NCBI GenBank assembly: GCA_038065235.1
Contig: JBBTRK010000007.1
Coordinates: 1-57,314 of the forward strand
Length of the DNA stretch: 57,314 nucleotides
Source of the DNA: Patescibacteria group bacterium
Lineage (GTDB): Bacteria; Patescibacteriota; Patescibacteriia; PEXW01
Direction: 5' to 3'
Numbering within the stretch: position 1 is the first letter of the stretch; the number at the start of each line of letters is the position of its first letter. A program made the position numbers and the translations under genes. The notes beneath the pieces were generated by a model. It made no database searches. It saw only the letters and a program-made list of their open reading frames with translations, and was not told the origin of the DNA. This document shows, in pieces, positions 35,153 to 42,038 of the stretch.

Positions 35153-36912
35153 CCGCAATGCTAAAACAGTCACCGCTCCGCGATATAGCGGCCGTGTTGC
35201 TGGAACGCAAGGTGATTACCCGAGACCAGTACGCGCTTGCCGAGAAAGAAGCGCAATCTAAACGCGTTCCCACAACCACAATCCTGGAGCAGCAAGGCTA
35301 CGTTCGGGATGAAGACCTAGCCAAAGCGCGGGCCGAAGTTTTTCAAATTCCGTACATTGACTTGCAAGGCAGGGTTATTTCTCCAGACCTGCTGAATATC
35401 ATTCCCCGTGATTTGGCGCGGAACTACCAGATGGTCGCTTTTGCCAAAGACGGCCCGGCCTTGAGCGTGGCGCTGGTTGACCCCACGAACTTTCGGGCGC
35501 TGGAGGCGGTAGAATTCCTGGCTCGCACCAGCAACTTCACCATTAGCTACTTCATTACGTCGGCCACGGCGCTTAGTAGCATTCTTAAGCAGTACGCCAG
35601 CCTCACCGCCGAGGTGCAGGAAGCGCTAGAATCAGCTGCTCCACGGGAGAAGCCGGTGAGCACCAGCTCGCTGGATGATATTAGCCTGGAGGACAAAGGT
35701 ATCGAGGAGGTCATTAAGACGGCGCCAGTCTCGAAGATGGTGGCGGTTATTCTGCGCCACGCCATTGAAGGTTCCGCCTCCGACATCCACATTGAGCCCA
35801 CAGCAGAAGGCTCACGCGTGCGCTACCGGGTCGATGGTATTTTGCACACCACCATTAAGCTTCCGCCTTACGTGCATGCCGCTATTGTAGCTCGCATTAA
35901 GGTTATATCGAACCTTAAACTGGATGAGACCCGCTTGCCGCAGGATGGCCGGTTTCACACGGAAGTTGACGGGAAGTCTATTGACCTCCGCGTCTCCACC
36001 CTGCCGCTGATGAACAACGAAAAGGTGGTTATGCGTATCCTCGACTCATCGGCGAAGAAGCTGAACCTAGATGACCTGGGGTTCATTGCCCGGGAGAAGG
36101 AAGTGCTGGTGAAGTCTTTGGAATCGACGCAAGGCATGGTCTTAAGCACTGGCCCAACTGGGTCTGGTAAATCGACGACGCTGTACACTCTCCTAGGTAT
36201 GATTAACGCCGAGGATATTAACATTGTCACCCTAGAAGACCCGGTGGAGTACCATATGGAAGGCGTGAACCAGAGCCAGGTGAACGCCGAGGTTGGTTTG
36301 AGTTTCGCCAATGGCCTCCGCTCTATCCTGCGCCAAGACCCCGATGTAATCATGGTTGGTGAAATCCGCGATACCGAGACGGCCGAGCTCGCCGTCAATG
36401 CCGCGCTCACCGGCCACTTGGTATTCTCTACACTCCACACCAATGATGCCTTTGGCGCAATCCCACGCTTAGAAGATATGAAAGTGGAACCCTTCCTCAT
36501 TTCCTCCTCGCTCTCTACTATCATTGCCCAGCGCTTGGTGCGCCGCATCTGCCAGTACTGCAAGGAGCCGCAAGATATCCCCGAGGCAACAGTTAAAGAG
36601 GTGCGAGCGATTCTAGAGAAAGCACCGCAAGAAGCTTTCCCTAAAGATTTCAGTCTTGATAAGCTCAATTTTTCTCACGGCAAGGGTTGCACCCGCTGTA
36701 ACAACTCGGGGTACAAAGGCCGGCTCGTCGTTGCCGAGGTTATAGAGGTCACCGAGAAGATGCAGGATATTATTACCTCCGGTTCAAAAATAGCGGATAT
36801 TAAAGCCGAAGCCAAACGTCAGGGCGTGCTCACGATGAAAGAAGATGGTTTTTTGAAAGCCGCCATTGGCATGACCACGATTGAAGAAGTGCTCCGCGCT
36901 ACTCAAGAGTAA
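35149..36912 (+). CDS. pilB: Type IV pilus assembly ATPase PilB (GspE family)
   Basis: N-terminal T2SSE_N-like domain, Walker A GPTGSGKST, TLEDPVEY, VIMVGEIRD, His box GHLVFSTLHT and tetracysteine CQYC...CTRC. Start at the ATG at 35149. Confidence 0.93.
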   Translation: MTAMLKQSPLRDIAAVLLERKVITRDQYALAEKEAQSKRVPTTTILEQQGYVRDEDLAKARAEVFQIPYIDLQGRVISPDLLNIIPRDLARNYQMVAFAKDGPALSVALVDPTNFRALEAVEFLARTSNFTISYFITSATALSSILKQYASLTAEVQEALESAAPREKPVSTSSLDDISLEDKGIEEVIKTAPVSKMVAVILRHAIEGSASDIHIEPTAEGSRVRYRVDGILHTTIKLPPYVHAAIVARIKVISNLKLDETRLPQDGRFHTEVDGKSIDLRVSTLPLMNNEKVVMRILDSSAKKLNLDDLGFIAREKEVLVKSLESTQGMVLSTGPTGSGKSTTLYTLLGMINAEDINIVTLEDPVEYHMEGVNQSQVNAEVGLSFANGLRSILRQDPDVIMVGEIRDTETAELAVNAALTGHLVFSTLHTNDAFGAIPRLEDMKVEPFLISSSLSTIIAQRLVRRICQYCKEPQDIPEATVKEVRAILEKAPQEAFPKDFSLDKLNFSHGKGCTRCNNSGYKGRLVVAEVIEVTEKMQDIITSGSKIADIKAEAKRQGVLTMKEDGFLKAAIGMTTIEEVLRATQE

Positions 36913-36933
36913 TTTATTCACTTACCTTACCGT

Positions 36934-37377
36934 ATGCCCGTACCCGCACCGAAGAAAGTGCTCACCCGTCCAACTGCTGACCGCCCGAAGAAGCCTGCCT
37001 CGCCGACGGCTAAGAAAACCATTCTCCTGGTGGAGGATGACACCTTCCTCGCGGGCATGTATGTGACCAAGCTAGAATTGGAAGGCTTCCGCGTGGTGCT
37101 GGCCAGTGACGGTGAGCAGGCTGTGATAATGGCCAAGAAGGAAATTCCCCAACTCATGCTGCTAGATATAGTCCTGCCGAAGAAGAGTGGTTTCGACGTG
37201 CTGAAAGAGGTGCAAGCAGACCCATCTACAAAAGGCATACCGGTTATTCTCCTCACCAACCTCGGCCAGAAAGAAGACGTGAAAAAAGGTATTCAGCTTG
37301 GTGCCACCGACTACCTCATCAAAGCGCATTTCATGCCCTCGGAAGTCGTTTCGAAAGTGAAGCGGCTGGTGAAGTAA
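36934..37377 (+). CDS. Stand-alone receiver (REC-only) response regulator
   Basis: ILLVEDD...LMLLDIVLPKKSGFDVL...PVILLTNLGQKEDVKKGIQLGATDYLIK, with a basic Pro-rich 28-aa N-terminal extension. Confidence 0.88.
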   Translation: MPVPAPKKVLTRPTADRPKKPASPTAKKTILLVEDDTFLAGMYVTKLELEGFRVVLASDGEQAVIMAKKEIPQLMLLDIVLPKKSGFDVLKEVQADPSTKGIPVILLTNLGQKEDVKKGIQLGATDYLIKAHFMPSEVVSKVKRLVK

Positions 37378-37385
37378 TTTTATGT

Positions 37386-37452
37386 GTCGTCCTGAACTTG
37401 TTTCAGGACCCCGTCTAAAATAAACGGGATGCCGAAACGAGTTCGGCATGAC
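37386..37452 (+). mobile_element. HP-A dual-hairpin element, ORF-less copy
   Basis: GTCGTCCTGAACTTGTTTCAGGAC, linker, GATGCCGAAACGAGTTCGGCATGAC. The right terminus contains the ATG annotated as the pilT-like start. Confidence 0.7.
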
Positions 37453-38545
37453 AGCATTGCAATCTTCTATGTTAACTTCCGAACAACAAGCTATCACTAG
37501 CATATTAATCCAGGCGACGCAGTATCGTGCTTCGGATGTGCATTTAATCCCCGGCAGCCCGCCGGTTTTTCGCGTTGACGGCAAGCTCACCACGGTGAAC
37601 CAAGAGGTCATTATGAGCGCCGACCTTTTGCGCACGTACGTTGAAACAATTCTTACCCCGGCGCAGCACGAGCGGTTGGAACGGGACCGCGACTTGCGGG
37701 TAACTATAACCCTAGAGAACAAACTGCGCTTCCGGCTGATTGTGCAGTACCAGAAGGGCAACCTCTCGCTCGATCTGCGCTACATTCCAGATACGATTCC
37801 GACGATTGCCGAGCTTGGCTTGTCACCTTATGTTGAGACATTCAGCCGCAGCAGCCACGGTTTTGTGCTCATCATTGGGCCGTACGGCTCTGGTCGCTCT
37901 ACCACGCTGGCTGCCATGGTGAATGCCATAAATCAGAAGCGGGCAGCGCACGTGGTTACCATTGAGCGCCCGATAGAGTACCTTTACGCCAGCGAAAAGA
38001 GTATTGTGGAGCAACGAGAAGTTGGAATCGATGTGGAGAGCGTGGCCCACGGCATTGCTATGGCAGACCGGGAAGACGTAGATGTGCTGGCAATTGGTGA
38101 ACTGGATGATGCCGAAGATATGCGAGCCTGTGTGAAGGCAATTCACAGCGGGCGGTTGGTTCTTTCAACTTTGACCGCCGACTCCTCGACCCAGGCCATT
38201 GAGTTACTCGTCAGTGCTTTCCCGGCCGATGAGCAGCCCTGGGCACGCAAGCACCTGGCCGATACGCTCGTGGGTATTCTTAATCAACGGTTGATTCCTC
38301 GCGTTGGGGGTGGCCGCATATTGGTGAGTGGCATTCTTACCCCATCCACTGGTCTTCGGGCACTCATTCGAGATGGCCAGTTCTTGCAGCTTTCTAACGC
38401 TATTCAGACGGCGCGGGAGGAAGGCACTTTTTCCCTAGACCGAACCCTAGCCGAGCTCGTTAGGAACGGGGATATTCAACTTGCCGATGCCGAAGCAGTG
38501 GCCGTGGATGCCACCATTCTTCGAACCGTCGCCACCCGAGCGTAA
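37448..38545 (+). CDS. pilT: PilT-like hexameric ATPase with degenerate catalytic motifs
   Basis: Collinear with PilT (ASDVHLIPGSPPVFRVDG...). However Walker A is GPYGSGRST (K to R), the Asp box is TIERPIEY, Walker B is LAIGELDD and the His box is GRLVLSTLTA (both His lost). An alternative start is Met8 (37469). Confidence 0.85.
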   Translation: MTALQSSMLTSEQQAITSILIQATQYRASDVHLIPGSPPVFRVDGKLTTVNQEVIMSADLLRTYVETILTPAQHERLERDRDLRVTITLENKLRFRLIVQYQKGNLSLDLRYIPDTIPTIAELGLSPYVETFSRSSHGFVLIIGPYGSGRSTTLAAMVNAINQKRAAHVVTIERPIEYLYASEKSIVEQREVGIDVESVAHGIAMADREDVDVLAIGELDDAEDMRACVKAIHSGRLVLSTLTADSSTQAIELLVSAFPADEQPWARKHLADTLVGILNQRLIPRVGGGRILVSGILTPSTGLRALIRDGQFLQLSNAIQTAREEGTFSLDRTLAELVRNGDIQLADAEAVAVDATILRTVATRA

Positions 38546-38548
38546 CCT

Positions 38549-39757
38549 ATGGCAATTTACGACTACCGCGCAAAGAATATTGGAGGTCAAACTGTGGAAG
38601 GTGCCGTCGTGGCACCGTCCGAGTCTGTTGCCTACGATACGCTGCGTGAAAAGCAACTAACCATTGTCACCCTGCGCGAGCGAGCGAAGAGCGCGAAGTT
38701 CTTCAGCACGGACATGTTCAGCCGGGTTTCGGTTAAAGAGCAGGTCATTTTTGCGCGGCAGCTCTCGGTGATGATTTCGGCCAACGTGCCTATTGTGCGG
38801 GCGCTGCGCATCTTGGTGCGGCAGACCAAGAATGTGCACTTCAAAATGATTCTCTCCGACATTCTGGACGAGGTAGACGGCGGCGCCAAGCTCTCGGCCG
38901 CCCTGGCACGTTACCCCAACGTGTTCAACACCTTCTTCGTATCCATGATCCGGTCTGGGGAAACCACAGGGAAGTTAGATGACGTGCTGGTTTACCTTGC
39001 CGATCAGCGCGAGAAAGACTATAACATCACCAGCCGCGTCCGGGGTGCGTTCATCTACCCGGCCGTGGTACTCTTCGCCGTCGTGGCGGTAGGCGTGGTC
39101 ATGGTGGTCTTCGTGCTGCCAAAGCTGCTAGAAATATTTACCGAAGGTGGAGCGACGCTGCCGCTCTCTACCCGAATACTCATTGGGGTTAGCAATTTTG
39201 TGCGTCACAAGTGGTACGTTGTCGTCTTAGCACTCGTGGCCGCAGTAGTTGGCTTTATCTACTGGCGAAAGTCCCCAAGTGGCCAGCGGGTACTGGATAT
39301 TGTGAAGATTCGCATTCCTATTGGCGGCAGGATATTTACCATGATCTACCTCACCCGTCTCTCTCGGTCCCTATCCACACTCCTCTCCTCGGGTGTGCCA
39401 ATTTCCCAGGCGTTGGCAATTACCTCCGAAATCGTCGGCAACCACGTGTATGCGGACATTCTGGACCAGACCATCCGCGAGGTTGAGGATGGTAACTCTG
39501 TCACCACGGTTTTCCTTAAGAGTAAGCAGGTGCCGCTAATGTTGGCCCAGATGATGAGCGTGGGCGAGCAGTCTGGCCGACTGGACCAGGTGCTGCTAAA
39601 GGTGGCGCAGTTCTACGAGAACGAGCTGGATGCCCTGGTGCGCAACCTCGTTGCCCTCATCGAGCCGGTCATTCTGCTGCTTATGGGCGTAGGCGTTGGC
39701 TTTATGGTGTCTTCAATTTTGCTGCCAATTTACAACGTCAGTAACGCGATTAATTAG
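38549..39757 (+). CDS. pilC: Type IV pilus platform protein PilC (GspF family)
   Basis: Two T2SSF repeats (FARQLSVMISANVPIVRAL; LTRLSRSLSTLLSSGVPISQAL) and three TM helices. Confidence 0.92.
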   Translation: MAIYDYRAKNIGGQTVEGAVVAPSESVAYDTLREKQLTIVTLRERAKSAKFFSTDMFSRVSVKEQVIFARQLSVMISANVPIVRALRILVRQTKNVHFKMILSDILDEVDGGAKLSAALARYPNVFNTFFVSMIRSGETTGKLDDVLVYLADQREKDYNITSRVRGAFIYPAVVLFAVVAVGVVMVVFVLPKLLEIFTEGGATLPLSTRILIGVSNFVRHKWYVVVLALVAAVVGFIYWRKSPSGQRVLDIVKIRIPIGGRIFTMIYLTRLSRSLSTLLSSGVPISQALAITSEIVGNHVYADILDQTIREVEDGNSVTTVFLKSKQVPLMLAQMMSVGEQSGRLDQVLLKVAQFYENELDALVRNLVALIEPVILLLMGVGVGFMVSSILLPIYNVSNAIN

Positions 39758-39764
39758 ACCTTAT

Positions 39765-39891
39765 TGTCATTGCGAGCCCCGAGTCCGGCGAGGGGCGCGG
39801 CAATCTCGCTGAACTTCGAGGTCAGCTTGTTTAATATGTTGGTTCTTGTTACAACGGGATTGCTTCGTCGCTGCTGCTCCTCGCAATGACA
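39765..39891 (+). repeat. HP-B palindromic element, complete 127-bp copy
   Basis: Termini TGTCATTGCGAG / CTCGCAATGACA, with inner arms GCAATCTCGCTGAAC / GTTACAACGGGATTGC. Begins 8 nt after the pilC stop. Confidence 0.8.
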
Positions 39892-39896
39892 GAAAA

Positions 39897-39967
39897 GGGG
39901 AGAGGGAGACGGTAATATATCCCTCTCCTCTGGTAGGAGAGGGTGGCCGAAGGCCGGGAGAGGAGGG
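39897..39967. repeat. HP-D hairpin module, ORF-less copy
   Basis: GGGGAGAGGGAG..CCCTCTCCTCTGGTAGGAGAGGGTGGCCGAAGGCCGGGAGAGGAGGG. Compare the DUF559 flank at 51737..51794. Confidence 0.65.
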
Positions 39968-40044
39968 AGTGCCCGCCCGACTGCTAACGCCTGAGCGTAG
40001 AGATGGCGGGGAATATACGAAATAATAATTGGGGTCTTTGTTTG

Positions 40045-40110
40045 CCTCCCCTCCTCGGTTTAGGAGGGGTGCCCTGAGTGAGCAGCAGCGAGTCGAAGGG
40101 CGGGGTGGTA
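40045..40110 (-). repeat. HP-C module (inverted) flanking the coiled-coil cassette
   Basis: Reverse complement reads TACCACCCCGCCCTTCGAC...GGGCACCCCTCCTAAACCGAGGAGGGGAGG. Confidence 0.7.
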
Positions 40111-40126
40111 ACCCTGTGCAATCCCT

Positions 40127-40155
40127 TTGACAAACGAATTTGCCCGCGTTACCAT
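40127..40155 (+). promoter_or_regulatory. Possible promoter of the coiled-coil ORF
   Basis: TTGACA, 17 nt, TACCAT. This would give a nearly leaderless mRNA. Confidence 0.4.
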
Positions 40156-40164
40156 GGTGTTCCT

Positions 40165-40512
40165 ATGCCGAAGGATATCCCCAGTCAGACCGACAAACGC
40201 CTTGACGTCTTGGAAACCAAGATGGATTCCTTGGTGACTAAAACCGAATTTCGAGGACTTGAAACCAAGGTAGATAACCTTGAAACCAAGGTAGATAACC
40301 TTGGAATTAGGGTTGGTGGTTTAGAAACCAAGGTTGATAACCTCGAAACCAAGGTAGATAATATGGTGACTCGGGATGAATTTAATACCACCATGGACGA
40401 AGTGCTCACTATCGTCCGCCGTCTCGATCAAGAGCGTGTCTTTACCATTGAGTGGGTACGCCGCATTGAAGCAGATGTTGAGCGGGTTAAGCACCATCTG
40501 CACCTGGTATAG
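40165..40512 (+). CDS. Small heptad-repeat coiled-coil protein (115 aa)
   Basis: ATG at 40165. Repeated LETKVDN heptads are encoded by 21-bp tandem DNA units. The upstream part of the track ORF is translated repeat. Confidence 0.65.
   Translation: MPKDIPSQTDKRLDVLETKMDSLVTKTEFRGLETKVDNLETKVDNLGIRVGGLETKVDNLETKVDNMVTRDEFNTTMDEVLTIVRRLDQERVFTIEWVRRIEADVERVKHHLHLV
40261..40365 (+). repeat. 21-bp tandem repeats inside the coiled-coil ORF
   Basis: GAAACCAAGGTAGATAACCTT occurs twice perfectly (40261..40302). Two diverged units follow at 40324..40365. Confidence 0.85.
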
Positions 40513-40527
40513 AGGTAGCCTGGGTCA

Positions 40528-40608
40528 TACCACCCCGCCCTTCGGGCACCCCTCCTCTCAGAGGAGGGGATATTGCTAAAACTCCTCCCCTTGAAAAGGG
40601 GAGGGGAG
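40528..40608 (+). repeat. HP-C module (forward) plus CTCCTCCCC..GGGGAGGGGAG hairpin
   Basis: TACCACCCCGCCCTTCGGGCACCCCTCCTCTCAGAGGAGGGGA, in inverted orientation relative to 40045..40110. Confidence 0.7.
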
Positions 40609-40664
40609 TTTCTGCACAGTATTCTTCCTCCACCCCCCCCAACCTTCCCCAACCCCCCAAAACG

Positions 40665-40673
40665 TGCTATACT
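40665..40673 (+). promoter_or_regulatory. Extended -10 box (TGCTATACT) upstream of pilin 1
   Basis: The same 9-mer recurs before pilin 2 at 41441..41449. It implies a leader of about 110 nt ending in the hairpin CTTCGC..GCGAAG next to the SD GGAGGTG. Confidence 0.5.
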
Positions 40674-40787
40674 CTTATCATCTTGTCGTGGCTTAGTGGG
40701 ACGTTCAGAATCGGTGGTTCAGTACTGATCACTGATCCCTCAATGGACGCACACTTCGCCGCATAAAAGCGAAGGGAGGTGACAGAC

Positions 40788-41399
40788 ATGACAAACCGAA
40801 AAGGTTTTACGCTCATCGAACTGTTGGTGGTTATCGCCATCATCGGTATCTTGTCTGCCGTCGGCCTCATTGCCCTCAATGGTGCACGTGAGAAAGCTCG
40901 CGACAGCCAACGCAAGAGCGACCTCGGCCAGATGCGTACGGGTTTGGCGTTGTATTACGATACGAACAACAACTATCCGAACTCGCTTTCAGACTTTGGC
41001 AATGGTCACGTGACTGGCGCTGCCATTGCAGCCTATGGATCCACAACCAATGCTGCGGGCACAGCAGTGGTTATTACCCAATCTGGTGTCCGCATTGACA
41101 ACAATGGCGGAGCCACAACAGGGTTAATGTATGATACGTTAGTTGCTAATCAGAAATACATTTCCAGGCTTGCACCTGCGCCAGCATCGGGTAACTATGG
41201 GTTTAGCCAGATATATGTGTATTTCTCGTGTGTAGGCGCTACTAGCGCTGTACAGACCGCCACAGCTACTGGCGAAGCGAATTATGTGATTGTTTCAGAA
41301 CTTGAACGTCCAGTACTTACATCGGCTCCGTGGTTAGTTGTAAACGCAATCAACGGTACCCAATTAGAAACAGTACCATCAGTCACACCATGTAACTAG
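40788..41399 (+). CDS. pilA: Type IV major pilin paralogue 1
   Basis: SD GGAGGTG. Leader MTNRKG, then [18 protein letters not shown] (class III signal). Cys pair (FSCVG...TPCN) at the C-terminus. Confidence 0.9.
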   Translation: MTNRKGFTLIELLVVIAIIGILSAVGLIALNGAREKARDSQRKSDLGQMRTGLALYYDTNNNYPNSLSDFGNGHVTGAAIAAYGSTTNAAGTAVVITQSGVRIDNNGGATTGLMYDTLVANQKYISRLAPAPASGNYGFSQIYVYFSCVGATSAVQTATATGEANYVIVSELERPVLTSAPWLVVNAINGTQLETVPSVTPCN

Positions 41400-41418
41400 T
41401 ACTGAACAGCACAGCATA

Positions 41419-41442
41419 AAGAGCGCCAAGGGCGCTCTTTTG
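41419..41442 (+). terminator. Rho-independent terminator after pilin 1
   Basis: Stem AGAGCGCC/GGCGCTCT, loop AAG, then TTTTG. Confidence 0.65.
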
Positions 41443-41449
41443 CTATACT
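41441..41449 (+). promoter_or_regulatory. Extended -10 box (TGCTATACT) upstream of pilin 2
   Basis: Identical 9-mer to 40665..40673, 22 nt before the ATG at 41472. Confidence 0.5.
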
Positions 41450-41471
41450 GTAGGTACATCATAATTATTCT

Positions 41472-42032
41472 ATGCCAAGATACCTAGCTCAACGGAAGGG
41501 ATTTACACTAATCGAATTGTTGGTGGTTATTGCCATCATCGGTATCCTATCAGCAATTGGTTTAATCGCCCTTAACGGCACACGAGAGAAAGCCAGGGAC
41601 GTGACTCGTAAGAGTGACATTAAGCAGCTTTCAACCGGATTAGCTCTTTACTACGACTCAAAGGACAGCACCTATCCAGATTCCTCCTTAGCCGGTGTAG
41701 ATACCTGGAACACTGGAGCCACGCAGGAAGGTGAGCGGGCTGATGCAAGTGGCTGCCCAGCATGTATTCTGTTCACCGATCTAGTTGGGCAGTCGAACTT
41801 CATCGCCCATCTGCCGCCCACCCCTACCATTGGTTTGACGGACATTCAGCAGCAGTACTGGTACGTGTCGTGCGTTGGCAGCGGTGATCCCGCACAGACG
41901 AAAGCAACCGCCTACGCGTTGGTGACGGGCTTGGAACGACCTTCAAATCTTGCAATGTCGCTGTGGGTGTTCCGTTCTACCGAATCTTTTGCCCAGGAAG
42001 AACCTGGAAATCTGACTACGCCCTGTAACTAG
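41472..42032 (+). CDS. Type IV major pilin paralogue 2
   Basis: [10 protein letters not shown], then [33 protein letters not shown]. Cys pair (VSCVG...TPCN). Confidence 0.9.
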   Translation: MPRYLAQRKGFTLIELLVVIAIIGILSAIGLIALNGTREKARDVTRKSDIKQLSTGLALYYDSKDSTYPDSSLAGVDTWNTGATQEGERADASGCPACILFTDLVGQSNFIAHLPPTPTIGLTDIQQQYWYVSCVGSGDPAQTKATAYALVTGLERPSNLAMSLWVFRSTESFAQEEPGNLTTPCN

Positions 42033-42038
42033 ACTAGT

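Noticed and set aside
35955-36668. 237-aa ORF on the minus strand inside pilB
   Set aside because: It is an antisense shadow ORF. PilB motifs are intact on the + strand.
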